A DNA stretch of 64,000 nucleotides from Candidatus Aminicenantes bacterium (GTDB lineage: Bacteria; Acidobacteriota; Aminicenantia; Aminicenantales; Saccharicenantaceae). The position numbers and the translations under genes were made by a program. Within the stretch, counting starts at the first letter, position 1; every line of letters starts with the position of its first letter. Below, in pieces: positions 9,488 to 20,628 of this stretch. The stretch is from NCBI GenBank assembly GCA_026393975.1, contig JAPKZD010000003.1:254858-318857 (forward strand), written 5' to 3'. The notes beneath the pieces are model-generated. The model did not search any database and was not told the origin of the DNA. It saw only the letters and a list, made by a program, of their open reading frames with translations.

Positions 9488-10687
9488 ATGAAAAAAATAT
9501 CCGTTTTCGAAGTCGCCTATAAAAACCTCCTGCGCAAGAAAACGCGGAGCCTTCTCACCGTCCTGGGCATCGCCATGGCGGCCTGGGTCCTGGTCAGCCT
9601 TTTCGGATTCAACAAGGGTTACGAGACGTCCCTCAACAAGGACATCGACAACCTCGGCTTCCAGATGCTCGTCGTGGCCAAGGGCTGTCCCTACGAAGCG
9701 GCGACGCTCATGCTCAAGGGCGGCACGGGCCTCAAGTACATGAAGGAAGAGATCGCCTCGGCCGTGGCCGCCGAGCCCGAGGTCGAGGGCGTGACGGCCA
9801 TGCTCATGCAGGTCGTCTTTGACCCGAACAAGGGCGAGAGCGGCGGCATCTCCGCCTTCCTCGGCGTCGACCCCGCCTCTTTCCCGAAGATGAAGAGCGC
9901 CCTGCCCTTCAAGTCCGGGGGATGGTTCAAGGAACTGGAAACGTTCGAGGCCGTCTTCGGCTACGAAGTGGCCGAGCTCGAACAGCGCGAGGTCGGCGAC
10001 CTCTACCTCATCCCGGAGAAGGAGGTCGAGGTCAAAGTCGTCGGCGTCCTCGAGCGGACGGGGACCCAGGACGACGGCACGATCTTTCTCCCCATCCGGA
10101 CGGTCCAGCGTGTCTTCGCCGTTCCGGGCGAGCTGACGGCCATCGGCATCAAGGTCAAGAAAGAGGCGGACATCAAGGCTTTCGAGGACAAGATGTACAA
10201 GCTCCCGGACGTCCAGGTCGTCAGCCTGACCCAGGTCAAGACGACGATCATGACCCTCGTCTCGACGGCCCGGGTCATGGTCTTCTCGATCGCCCTGATC
10301 GCCATCCTCATCGCCATGATGGGCGTCATCAACACGGTCCTGATGTCGGTCATGGAGAGGCGCCAGGAGATCGGCATCCTGAAGTCCATGGGCGCGATGG
10401 CGCTCGATGTTTTCAAGCTCGTCTGGCTCGAGACGATCATCCTCTGTGTCAGCGGCGGGCTCATCGGCACGGCCCTGGCCCTCCTGACGGCCCGTCTGAC
10501 CGACCTCCTCGTCCGGAACCTGCTGCCTTACTCACCGAGCGGCGGTCTGGTCGCGATCGACCTCCCGCTAGTCCTCATGACCCTGGGTGTCGTGACGGCC
10601 ATCGGTCTGGCCAGCGGGATATACCCGTCCTGGAAGGCGGCCCGGATGCGTCCCCTCGACACGATCCGCAGCGAGGGGGAATCATGA
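9488..10687 (+). CDS. ABC transporter permease, MacB/LolC/FtsX type
   Basis: N-terminal RKKTRSLLTVLGIA TM, large periplasmic domain, then NTVLMSVMERRQEIGILKSMGA and P.WKAARM.P.D.IR. Confidence 0.92.
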   Translation: MKKISVFEVAYKNLLRKKTRSLLTVLGIAMAAWVLVSLFGFNKGYETSLNKDIDNLGFQMLVVAKGCPYEAATLMLKGGTGLKYMKEEIASAVAAEPEVEGVTAMLMQVVFDPNKGESGGISAFLGVDPASFPKMKSALPFKSGGWFKELETFEAVFGYEVAELEQREVGDLYLIPEKEVEVKVVGVLERTGTQDDGTIFLPIRTVQRVFAVPGELTAIGIKVKKEADIKAFEDKMYKLPDVQVVSLTQVKTTIMTLVSTARVMVFSIALIAILIAMMGVINTVLMSVMERRQEIGILKSMGAMALDVFKLVWLETIILCVSGGLIGTALALLTARLTDLLVRNLLPYSPSGGLVAIDLPLVLMTLGVVTAIGLASGIYPSWKAARMRPLDTIRSEGES

Positions 10688-11379
10688 GTGCCCCGGCCCG
10701 GTATTCCATCGAGGCAGAAAATCTGAAACGGCTCTACCGCCGCGGTCCGGAGGAGATCTACGCCGTCGACGACGTCTCCCTGCAGGTCGAGAAAGGGACC
10801 TTCCTCTCCGTCGTCGGCCCTTCGGGCTCGGGAAAAACGACGCTCATCAACGTCCTCGGCTGTCTGGACAACCCGACCTCGGGGAAGCTTTCGCTCGAGG
10901 GCCGCGCCGTCTTCGAGAACTGCAAGGGCCTGTCGGAGGCCAGGCTGACGCGCATCCGGCGGGACGTCTTTGGTTACATTTTCCAGAGATTCTACCTCAT
11001 CTCCACTTTGACCGTCCTCGAGAACGTCATCCTGCCCTTCACCTTCTTCAAGAAGCCGGGCGCCGAGGAGGACGTCGGGCGCGTCCTCAAGCTCCTCGGC
11101 CTCGACAAGCGCGCCGACCACCTGCCCGGCCAGCTCTCGGGCGGGGAGATGCAGAGGGTGGCCATCGCCCGGGCCCTGGTCAACAAGCCCGATATCCTGC
11201 TCGCCGACGAGCCGACGGGCAACCTCGACACGGCCCGGAGCGAGGAGATCGGGGCGATCCTCAAGGATCTCAACGAGCGGGAGGGCCTGACCATCATCCT
11301 CGTCACGCACAACCCCCGGCTGGCCGGCCTGGCCCACCGGACGATCGAGCTCCGCGACGGAAAAATTTACCCGGCTTGA
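10684..11379 (+). CDS. ABC transporter ATP-binding protein (LolD/MacB-like)
   Basis: GPSGSGKTT, LSGGEMQRVAIARAL, LLADEPTGNLD and VTH motifs. ATGA overlap with the permease stop. Confidence 0.95.
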   Translation: MSAPARYSIEAENLKRLYRRGPEEIYAVDDVSLQVEKGTFLSVVGPSGSGKTTLINVLGCLDNPTSGKLSLEGRAVFENCKGLSEARLTRIRRDVFGYIFQRFYLISTLTVLENVILPFTFFKKPGAEEDVGRVLKLLGLDKRADHLPGQLSGGEMQRVAIARALVNKPDILLADEPTGNLDTARSEEIGAILKDLNEREGLTIILVTHNPRLAGLAHRTIELRDGKIYPA

Positions 11380-11404
11380 CACATCCCCCGGCAAAATCTA
11401 AAAT
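11376..11404 (+). promoter_or_regulatory. sigma70 promoter of the acyl-CoA ligase gene
   Basis: TTGACA-17 nt-TAAAAT, overlapping the upstream TGA stop. Confidence 0.7.
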
Positions 11405-11434
11405 CAGGCCACTTTCGGAAGAGGAGAGGGACAC

Positions 11435-13252
11435 ATGGTAACGACTCTCGCGGAGCTTATCGTCAATACGGTCAAGGCCTACCCCAAGCCGGACTTCATG
11501 CTGTTCAAGAAGGAAGGGGCCTACACGCCCATCTCAACCGGGGAATTCGGGGACGGCATCAAGCACTTATCGCTCGGGCTCAAGGCCCTGGGCTTCGAAG
11601 CGGGCCAGAAGCTCTGCCTTCTCTCCGAGAACAGGCCCGAGTGGACCATGACCGATCTGGCGACGCTCTGCGCCGGCGGCCTGACCGTGCCGATCTACAC
11701 GACGCTCGTCCGGGAGCAGATCCGCTACATCATCGACGACTCGGATGCCACGGTCGTCGTCGTCTCGAACGCCGATCATTGGAAGAAGATCGAACCCCTT
11801 CGTCCCTGGCTGACCAAGGTCAAGCACTACATCACTTTCGCCGACGAAGCTCCGGCCGGCGTCCTGACCCTGAAGGAGGTCATGGAAAAGGGGAGGGCCG
11901 CGGCGGAATCGAAGCCCGGCCTGTTCGACGAGCTCGTCGCCCGGGTCAAGCCCGGGAACGAGGCGACCCTGATCTATACGTCGGGGACGACGGGTGTCCC
12001 GAAAGGCGTCATCCTGACCCACGACAACCTCATCAGTAACATCAAGACGGCCGCGGCGATCATCGAGTTCACGGAGAAGGACACCGTCTTGTCCTTCCTG
12101 CCGCTGTCCCACATCCTGGAGCGGACGGTCATGTTCGCCTTCATCTTCAAGGGCTGCACGATCGCCTTCGCCGAGAGCGTCGAGGCCGTCGCCAAGAATC
12201 TCCTGCAAGTCCGCCCTCATATCATGGTCAGCGTCCCCAGGGTCTTCGAGAAGATTTACACCAAGGTCATGGACCAGGTCCTGGCCAGCCCCGCCGTGCG
12301 CCGGAAGATCTTCTTCTGGGCCCTCAAGGTTGGCAAGGCGTACGGTGCGGCCAAGCTCGCCGGGAAGCCCGTCTCCGGCGGGCTCCGCTTCCGCCGTTCG
12401 ATCGCCGCGAAGCTCGTCTTCTCCAAGATCATCGCCAAGACCGGCGGCCGGATCCGCTTCTTCGTCTCCGGCGGGGCCCCGCTCTCGAAGGACATCGCCG
12501 AATTCTTTTACGCCATGGGGCTGGTCATCCTGGAAGGCTATGGCCTGACCGAAACCTCGCCCATGCTCTCCATCAACACGTTCGAGAACATCCGGCTGGG
12601 GACGGTCGGCAAACCCGTCCCCGGCGTCGATATCAAGATCGCTTCCGACGGCGAGATCCTGGCCCGGGGGCCCAACATCATGAAGGGCTATTACAAGAAA
12701 GAGGCTGAGACCCGGGAAGTCTTCGAAGGCGGCTGGTTCAAGACGGGGGACATCGGACGCTTCGACCCGGACGGGTTCCTGGTTATTACCGACCGCAAAA
12801 AGGACCTCCTCGTCACCTCGGGCGGCAAGAACGTCGCGCCCCAGCCCATCGAAAACCTGCTCAAGACGAGCCCCTATATCACGAGCGGCGTGGTCATCGG
12901 CGACCGGAAGCGCTTCGTCGCGGCGCTCGTCGTGCCCAATTTTGAAAAGCTCCAGGAATACGCCCGGGCGCAGGGGATCGCTTTCTCCTCGCTCGACGAC
13001 CTCTGCCGGGACCGCCGTATCGTCGGTTTCCTCAAGGCCGAGGTCGACCGGGCGACGCCGCTCCTGGCGTCCTATGAGAAGATCAAGAAGATCGCCGTCC
13101 TGCCGCGCGATTTCGAGATCGAGAAGGGCGAGATCACGCCCTCGCTCAAGGTCCGGCGGGCGAACGTCACGGCGGAATACGAGGCCCTGATCGACGCCAT
13201 GTACAGGGAAGATGCGGAAAACGGACGCGACGACGGGGGAACGGTCGGCTGA
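11435..13252 (+). CDS. Long-chain fatty acid-CoA ligase (AMP-dependent synthetase)
   Basis: YTSGTTGVPKG, SFLPLSHI, GYGLTETSP, GWFKTGDIG and ITDRKKDL motifs. Confidence 0.93.
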   Translation: MVTTLAELIVNTVKAYPKPDFMLFKKEGAYTPISTGEFGDGIKHLSLGLKALGFEAGQKLCLLSENRPEWTMTDLATLCAGGLTVPIYTTLVREQIRYIIDDSDATVVVVSNADHWKKIEPLRPWLTKVKHYITFADEAPAGVLTLKEVMEKGRAAAESKPGLFDELVARVKPGNEATLIYTSGTTGVPKGVILTHDNLISNIKTAAAIIEFTEKDTVLSFLPLSHILERTVMFAFIFKGCTIAFAESVEAVAKNLLQVRPHIMVSVPRVFEKIYTKVMDQVLASPAVRRKIFFWALKVGKAYGAAKLAGKPVSGGLRFRRSIAAKLVFSKIIAKTGGRIRFFVSGGAPLSKDIAEFFYAMGLVILEGYGLTETSPMLSINTFENIRLGTVGKPVPGVDIKIASDGEILARGPNIMKGYYKKEAETREVFEGGWFKTGDIGRFDPDGFLVITDRKKDLLVTSGGKNVAPQPIENLLKTSPYITSGVVIGDRKRFVAALVVPNFEKLQEYARAQGIAFSSLDDLCRDRRIVGFLKAEVDRATPLLASYEKIKKIAVLPRDFEIEKGEITPSLKVRRANVTAEYEALIDAMYREDAENGRDDGGTVG

Positions 13253-13255
13253 GGC

Positions 13256-13999
13256 CTACTCGGCCGCCGGCGGCTCGGGCTTGACCGGCTCGGGTTTCGT
13301 CGTCCAATAGAGGATCCGGCCGCAGTTCTCGCAGAGGATGACCTTCACCTTGTCGCGGATCTCGTTGAGCATCTGCGGGCGGACGCGCATGTGGCACATG
13401 GCGCAGAAGTCGCCCGTGACGGGGGACAGTGCGGCGCCGGCCTTTTTCTGGCGGAGGGCCTCGTAGAGCATCAATTGCTCGCGGGGGATGCGGGGGAGGA
13501 GGGCCTCCCGTTCCTTGCTGAGCGCCGCGAACTTGGCCTCGGCCTCCTTCATCTTCTCGTCGAGGACGAGCTTCTCCTTCTTCAGACTTTCGTCGTCCTG
13601 TCCCTGTCTGTGGGTGGCGGCCTTGATCTCCTCCTCGACGTCGTCGGCGGCCAGCATCTCGGCGATAATGGCCTCTTCGAGCGTGTCGACCTTGTGCTGG
13701 GCTTCCTCGATCTCCTTGAGGAGTGACGTGTATTCCTTGTTCGTCTTGACTTCGTTCAGCTGGCGCTTGTATTTTGCGATCTGGGCCTTGATGTCCTTGA
13801 CTTCCGTCTCGAGGTCGCGGCGCTTCTTCTGGTTCTGGGACATCTTGCCCCTGGCGTCGGCGACGAGCTTCGAGTCGGTCTGGATCTTCTTGTCGATGTC
13901 CTGGATGAGACGGGGGATCCCTTCGAGGACGAGCGAGGCGTCGCGCATTTCGGTGTCCAGCCGCTGGAGCTCGATGATCAGGTCGAAGTCGATGTCCAC
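13256..13999 (-). CDS. C4-type zinc-ribbon coiled-coil protein (DUF164 / CT398-like)
   Basis: Long coiled coil followed by CAMCH...ILCENCGRIL. Confidence 0.9.
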   Translation of the reverse strand: MDIDFDLIIELQRLDTEMRDASLVLEGIPRLIQDIDKKIQTDSKLVADARGKMSQNQKKRRDLETEVKDIKAQIAKYKRQLNEVKTNKEYTSLLKEIEEAQHKVDTLEEAIIAEMLAADDVEEEIKAATHRQGQDDESLKKEKLVLDEKMKEAEAKFAALSKEREALLPRIPREQLMLYEALRQKKAGAALSPVTGDFCAMCHMRVRPQMLNEIRDKVKVILCENCGRILYWTTKPEPVKPEPPAAE

Positions 14000-14028
14000 T
14001 ATTCCTCAGTCCTCGGTCTCGCGGTCAA

Positions 14029-14100
14029 TGGGCCTACCAGGATTCGAACCTGGGACCTGCCGGTTATGAGCCGGTGGCTCTACCGCTGAGCTATAGGCCC
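14029..14100 (-). tRNA. tRNA with anticodon CAT, probably tRNA-Ile2 (lysidine type); elongator Met not excluded
   Basis: GGGCCTA acceptor stem, D-arm GCTCAGCGGTAGAGC, anticodon arm CCGG-CTCATAA-CCGG, T-loop TTCGAAT. It is not an initiator because G1:C72 is paired. A position downstream of rpoD is usual for Ile2. CCA is not encoded. Confidence 0.9.
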
Positions 14101-14110
14101 TCGGCCCCCT

Positions 14111-14139
14111 TTTATAACAAAATATTGATGTCCCGTCAA
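14111..14139 (-). promoter_or_regulatory. sigma70 promoter of the tRNA
   Basis: Minus strand TTGACG-17 nt-TATAAA. Confidence 0.7.
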
Positions 14140-14334
14140 TTAAACGCTCGAGCGGCACTGCAAAGATTCTAAACGGAAACGAGGCTGGAGGACGCTGTCC
14201 GGGCGGTGATGGGGATCGTGCAGAGACCCCGCAGCGGAGGGGGACCGGCGGGGAGCGGATTCTGAGAAGCGACCGATAGAATTGCGGCGGAGCGACTCGA
14301 AGCCGTAATTCTAGGAAATATCTAGATCAAGAGG

Positions 14335-14383
14335 GGGGACACGTACTAAAGGGCCTTTAACGGGCCCTTTAGTACGTGTCCCC
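14335..14383. repeat. Perfect 21-bp inverted repeat (REP-like hairpin or bidirectional terminator)
   Basis: GGGGACACGTACTAAAGGGCC-TTTAACG-GGCCCTTTAGTACGTGTCCCC, between the rpoD stop and the tRNA promoter. Confidence 0.8.
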
Positions 14384-14481
14384 GGATCCGGACCGGGAAG
14401 GCGTTAAGAATCACCGCAGCGAACGAAGACGATGCTCGAGGCCACTCAGCGGCCGACGGTGTGACTTCTTGAGACCACCGC

Positions 14482-16107
<1,626 letters not shown>

Positions 16108-16132
16108 CTCTTTTCATGTGGTTCTTCCGTCC

Positions 16133-17857
16133 TCACGGCATCGACAGGATCTGTTTCGTGATGTCCTGCTTCTGGTAGAGGAGGGCCAGGAGCTCCTCCT
16201 TCTCCCCCCGTTTCTCCGACCCGGCGATCTTCTGCTGGATGTCCTTCAGCCGGTTCTGAAGGTGAACCTTGCGCAGGGACTTCAGGCACTCCTGGGCTTC
16301 CTCGATCGAGGCACTAGACGATTTCTCGAAAAGGGCCTTGGCCAGCTGCGACAGGATGGCCGCAGGAACCTTGCCCTGCAGTTCGTGGAAATTCCATTCC
16401 TGGTCGTGCTTGAAGCAGTCCAGGATATATTGGAAGATCGGCTCGCTCTGAAGCCCCTGGAAGATCTCCTCGCCGCACTCGGCGAAGACGTAGGGGGCGA
16501 CCGACCGGTCTTCCATCAGGATCTGGAACAGGCGTTTTTCCGCCGGGCAGAAAAGCCTCGCCTCCTCCTGGCCCTTGCCCGGGGCCCTGTTCTCGACGAT
16601 GCTCCGGATGAGGTCTTCGCTGATGCCGAGCTCCTGGCTCGCCTGCCAAAGGTATTCGCTCCGGGCGACGGCGTCGGGGACCTTCTCGATCTCCCTGACC
16701 ACAGCCCGGACGATCCGGCCCTTCTCCTCGGGGATGGACATCGGAATGTCCTTGGCCAGGGAATCGATCAAGAACTTGAGCCCGGAGACCGCCTTTTTCT
16801 GGAGGGCCAGGTACTTGTCTCGGCCGTTCTTCTTGATGAACGCGTCGGGGTCCTTCTCTTCGGGCAGGACGAGGACCTCGACGTTCAGGCCCTTTTCGAA
16901 GCCGAGCGGGACGGCCCGCGCTGCGGCCGCCATCCCGGCGCTGTCCCCGTCGTAGTTGATGACCATCCTCGAGGCGAAGCGCATGGCCTGTCCGACCTGC
17001 CAGGCCGTCAGGGCCGTCCCCAGAGAAGCGACGACGTTGCGGATCCCGGCCTGGAAGAGCGCCGAGAAATCCGTGTACCCCTCGACTAGGATGACCGTCC
17101 CTGCGTCCCGGATGGCGTCCTTGGAGAAATTCAGGCCGTAGAGGAGCTTGCCCTTGGAGTAGAGGGGCGTGTCCGGAGAATTCAGGTATTTGGGCTCGGC
17201 GTCGATGACCGTCCGGCCGCCGAAGGCGACGGTCCTTCCCGTCAGGCTGAAGATGGGAAAGATGACCCGTCCACGGAACCGGTCGCGGTATTCCCCCGTC
17301 CTGGAGCCGGGGAGGACGAGGCCGCCCTTCTCGAGGAACGAGACGGGGACGTTCTTCGCCTGGAAAAAATCGAGCAGGGCGGTCCAAGAGTTCAGGGCGT
17401 AGCCGATTTTGAGAGTCTGGATGGTCTCTTCCGTCAGGCCCCGTTTTTTCAGGTACTCGAGGGCTCTGGCCCCCTCCGGCGTGTTGTACAGGTTTTTCTT
17501 GAAGAAGCCCAGGGCCAGGTCGTTGATCTTGAATAGCTTTTCTTCGAGCTTGAGGATCTCCGGACGGACCCCCCGCTGCTGGGGAAGGGGGACGTGGTAC
17601 TTTTCGGCCAGGTGCTTGAGGGCCTCGGGGAAGGTCAGGTTTTCCCTCTCCATGATCAGGGAATAGATGTCCCCGCCGGCGCCGCACCCGAAGCAGTGGT
17701 AGAGCTGTTTCTCGTCGTCGACGGTGAACGACGGCGTCTTTTCGGTGTGGAACGGGCAAAGTCCGACCCACTTCCGGCCCCTCCGCTTCAGGGTCGTGTA
17801 CTGGGAGGCGATCTCGACTATGGACGAGGCTTGCCTGACCTGGTCAATGATCTCCAT
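16133..17857 (-). CDS. dnaG: DNA primase
   Basis: CHC2 zinc finger (CPFH...CFGC), FRGRVIFPI, KYLNSPDT, TOPRIM VEGYTD and YDGDSAG. Confidence 0.97.
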   Translation of the reverse strand: MEIIDQVRQASSIVEIASQYTTLKRRGRKWVGLCPFHTEKTPSFTVDDEKQLYHCFGCGAGGDIYSLIMERENLTFPEALKHLAEKYHVPLPQQRGVRPEILKLEEKLFKINDLALGFFKKNLYNTPEGARALEYLKKRGLTEETIQTLKIGYALNSWTALLDFFQAKNVPVSFLEKGGLVLPGSRTGEYRDRFRGRVIFPIFSLTGRTVAFGGRTVIDAEPKYLNSPDTPLYSKGKLLYGLNFSKDAIRDAGTVILVEGYTDFSALFQAGIRNVVASLGTALTAWQVGQAMRFASRMVINYDGDSAGMAAAARAVPLGFEKGLNVEVLVLPEEKDPDAFIKKNGRDKYLALQKKAVSGLKFLIDSLAKDIPMSIPEEKGRIVRAVVREIEKVPDAVARSEYLWQASQELGISEDLIRSIVENRAPGKGQEEARLFCPAEKRLFQILMEDRSVAPYVFAECGEEIFQGLQSEPIFQYILDCFKHDQEWNFHELQGKVPAAILSQLAKALFEKSSSASIEEAQECLKSLRKVHLQNRLKDIQQKIAGSEKRGEKEELLALLYQKQDITKQILSMP

Positions 17858-17887
17858 GAACGTTATTTGGTCCGCGCGTTCTCATAG

Positions 17888-17916
17888 AATATAGGGACGG
17901 AAGTAGGCCTTGTCAA
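17888..17916 (-). promoter_or_regulatory. sigma70 promoter of dnaG-rpoD
   Basis: Minus strand TTGACA-17 nt-TATATT. Confidence 0.65.
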
Positions 17917-17965
17917 GCTGTTCCATTCATTATTCTTTCGGACGATTCCCGCCCGTTTTTCCGCG

Positions 17966-18709
17966 CTAGAGATGGTTGATCGAGCTGGCCAGGAAGGCGG
18001 CGCCGAAACCGTTGTCGATGTTGACCACGCCGACGCCGCCCGGGCAGGCGTTGAGCATGGCCAGCAGGGCGGCCAGCCCCTTGAAACTCGCTCCGTAGCC
18101 GACGCTCGTCGGCACGGCGATGACTGGGACCTTGACCAAGCCGGCGACGACGCTCGGGAGCGCCCCCTCCATGCCGGCCACGGTGACGATGACCCGGGCT
18201 TGACGGATCCTATCGAACTGGCCGAGGAGTCGGTGGAGGCCGGCGACACCGACGTCGTAGATCCGCTCGGTCTTGTTCCCCAAAGCCTCGGCGGTCACGG
18301 CCGCTTCCTCGGCCACCGGGATGTCGGACGTCCCGGCGGTCAGGACGACGATCGTCCCGCGGCCGGCCGGCGGCTTGGACTGTTCCAGACTCACCGTCCG
18401 GGCTGCCGCGTTGTAGACCGCGCCCGGGAGCTTGGACTTGACCTTGGCCCAGACCGCCGGTTCGACTCTCGTGACCAGGAGGTTCGAGCCCTTCTCGAGG
18501 ATCTCTTGGGAGATGCGGCCGATCTGGGCCGGGGTTTTACCCAGGCCGAAGACGATTTCGGGCACGCCCTTGAGGACCTCGCGGTGGTGGTCGACCTTGG
18601 CGAACTCGAGGTCGCAGTAAGGGTAGCCCTCGAGGAGCTCGAGGGCCTTGGCCGGCGTAATCTTCCCGGCGTGGACCTTCTCCAGGATCTCTTCCAACCG
18701 CTTTTTCAC
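17966..18709 (-). CDS. larB: Nickel-pincer cofactor biosynthesis protein LarB (PurE-like)
   Basis: FAKVDHHR...G.PE..FG.GKT, AGTSDIPVAEEA, DVGVAGLHRL, AGMEGALPS, PTSVGYG and VNIDNGFGAA. Confidence 0.9.
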   Translation of the reverse strand: MKKRLEEILEKVHAGKITPAKALELLEGYPYCDLEFAKVDHHREVLKGVPEIVFGLGKTPAQIGRISQEILEKGSNLLVTRVEPAVWAKVKSKLPGAVYNAAARTVSLEQSKPPAGRGTIVVLTAGTSDIPVAEEAAVTAEALGNKTERIYDVGVAGLHRLLGQFDRIRQARVIVTVAGMEGALPSVVAGLVKVPVIAVPTSVGYGASFKGLAALLAMLNACPGGVGVVNIDNGFGAAFLASSINHL

Positions 18710-18749
18710 TCCCCTATTTTACCACAGGCCCCAAGCGGGACCGCCCATA

Positions 18750-18778
18750 TTGTCAAACGCGGCGGTCTCGTGTAAAAT
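18750..18778 (+). promoter_or_regulatory. sigma70-type promoter of the TPR-glmU operon
   Basis: TTGTCA-17 nt-TAAAAT. Confidence 0.55.
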
Positions 18779-18814
18779 AGGTCAAACTCCGACTGCATTC
18801 TGAGAGGAAAAACC

Positions 18815-19321
18815 GTGCGCGAACAACGATCGAAAAAGGACGAGTACCAGAAAGCCCTGGTGGCCTACGGCCAGGCCGTCAAGGAATTCCACAAGGGCGA
18901 CTTCGAGAAGGCCGCCGAGCTCCTCAAGGGCTTCATCGAGAAATTCCCGGTGGACAAGGAGATCGTGGACCGGGCCAAATCGTACCTCTCCATCGCCCAG
19001 AAAAAGCCCAAGAAGGAGGGCGTGTCCCTGAAGGGCTTCGAGGACCACTACCGCTACGGGATCGTCAAGATCAACCAGGGCGATCACGCCGGGGCTGTCA
19101 AGATATTGGAGAAGGCCCTCGAGTTCAAAGAAAAGGAAGGGCTGGTCTATTTTCTCCTGGCCGACGTCCACAGCCTGATGGGCCAGACCGACACCGCCCT
19201 CGATTATTTGAAAAAGGCCATCCAGAAAGACAGGACGTTCTCCGTCGTCGCCCAGAACGAACCCGATTTCGAGGCGCTCTGGGAAGACAAGAAGTTCAAA
19301 CTCATCGTCAAGCTTGCATGA
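18815..19321 (+). CDS. TPR-repeat protein
   Basis: Helical repeats ([20 protein letters not shown]; [27 protein letters not shown]) and a C-terminal A..EPDFEAL. Confidence 0.8.
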   Translation: MREQRSKKDEYQKALVAYGQAVKEFHKGDFEKAAELLKGFIEKFPVDKEIVDRAKSYLSIAQKKPKKEGVSLKGFEDHYRYGIVKINQGDHAGAVKILEKALEFKEKEGLVYFLLADVHSLMGQTDTALDYLKKAIQKDRTFSVVAQNEPDFEALWEDKKFKLIVKLA

Positions 19322-20628
19322 AAAGGAAAGCCGTCGTTCTTCTTCTGGGGGCTGAGGAGGGCACGGGTTTCCTGCCGCTTCTCGGCCGGCCCCTGGGCGC
19401 CTTCGCGCTCGAAGCCGCCTGCGGGATCGACCCGGAGGCCGTCCTAGTCCTGGCCGGCGCGGGCGCCGCGATCCGGGACGGCTGGGAAAGCCTGATCAAA
19501 GGCGTCGAAACGAAAACGCCCGTCTTCCTGTTCGCCGGGGAAGGGCGGAAGGGGGGGCGGCGCGCGGGCGTCTTCCCGGCCCTCGTCATGGCCCGGGCCG
19601 TCCTCGAAAAATATCCCGACCGCGACATCCTGGCCGTCCCTGCCGGCCTGCCCCTTCTCCGTTCGCAAACGCTGAAGGCGCTCCTCCGCGTTCATGCCGC
19701 CAAGGGCTGCGCTCTGACTTTCCTGAGCGGAGGCGGCGAGGCCGGTCTCACGGGGATCCTGGCCCTCCATTCCGCCGACGCCTTCCCCTTGCTCCGGGGT
19801 ATCTCCCCGTCGCGAGGCGCGGCCGGGTTCGAAGCCCTGGCCCTGCGCCTGACCAAGGCCGGAAAAAAAGTCGGCTTTTACGAATGCTTGGATCCCGAGG
19901 ACGTCCTGCCGGTCGAGAACGGAGAAGATCTCGGCCGGGCGGCCGGCCTCCTGCGCCGGCGGAAAAACAGCTCTCTCGCCCGCAAAGGCGTGATCTTCCT
20001 CGATCCCGCTTCGGCCTGGGTCGATTGGGCCGCGGCGATCGGCCCGCGGACCGTTGTCTATCCCTCCGTCGTCATCGAAGGGCCGTCGCGCGTCGGCACC
20101 GACAGCCGCATCTATCCCCACGTCCATATCATGAATTCGCAGTTGGGCGCGAGAGTAAAAGTCCTGAGCTCCACGGTCATGGAGGACACCGTCCTCGAGG
20201 ATGACGTGCAGGTCGGGCCGTTCTCCCGGTTCCGACCCAAGACCCGGGTCTGCTCCGGGGCCAAAGTGGGCAATTTCGTCGAGATGAAAAATACCGTCTT
20301 CGGCCCGCGCTCCAAGGCCCAGCACCTGAGCTACCTCGGCGACAGCCAGGTCGAGGAGGACGTCAACATCGGGGCCGGGACGATCACCTGCAACTACGAC
20401 GGCGTTTCGAAAAACCCCACCCACATCGGCGCCGGGGTCTTCATCGGCTCGGGCACGGAGCTCGTCGCCCCGGTCAAGGTCGGGCGGGGCGCTTATGTCG
20501 CCGCGGGCTCGACCATCACCATGGACGTCGCCGCCGGCGCCCTGGCCATCGCCCGCGCCCGCCAGGTGGAAAAGCCCGGCTGGGTCCTGGAGAAGTTTCG
20601 GGAGCGGAAGAATACGAACAAGGGATGA
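19318..20628 (+). CDS. glmU: GlmU-like protein: intact left-handed beta-helix acetyltransferase, degenerate uridyltransferase domain
   Basis: The C-terminal half has [30 protein letters not shown] and FIGS...LVAPV. The N-terminal half lacks LAAGxGTRM, QxxxLGTGHA, GDxP and YLTD. Confidence 0.8.
   Translation: MKRKAVVLLLGAEEGTGFLPLLGRPLGAFALEAACGIDPEAVLVLAGAGAAIRDGWESLIKGVETKTPVFLFAGEGRKGGRRAGVFPALVMARAVLEKYPDRDILAVPAGLPLLRSQTLKALLRVHAAKGCALTFLSGGGEAGLTGILALHSADAFPLLRGISPSRGAAGFEALALRLTKAGKKVGFYECLDPEDVLPVENGEDLGRAAGLLRRRKNSSLARKGVIFLDPASAWVDWAAAIGPRTVVYPSVVIEGPSRVGTDSRIYPHVHIMNSQLGARVKVLSSTVMEDTVLEDDVQVGPFSRFRPKTRVCSGAKVGNFVEMKNTVFGPRSKAQHLSYLGDSQVEEDVNIGAGTITCNYDGVSKNPTHIGAGVFIGSGTELVAPVKVGRGAYVAAGSTITMDVAAGALAIARARQVEKPGWVLEKFRERKNTNKG

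Noticed and set aside
14100-14480. RNase P RNA, often found near C4 Zn-ribbon genes
   Set aside because: No GAGGAAAGTCC or AGAACCCGGCTTA-type signatures on either strand.
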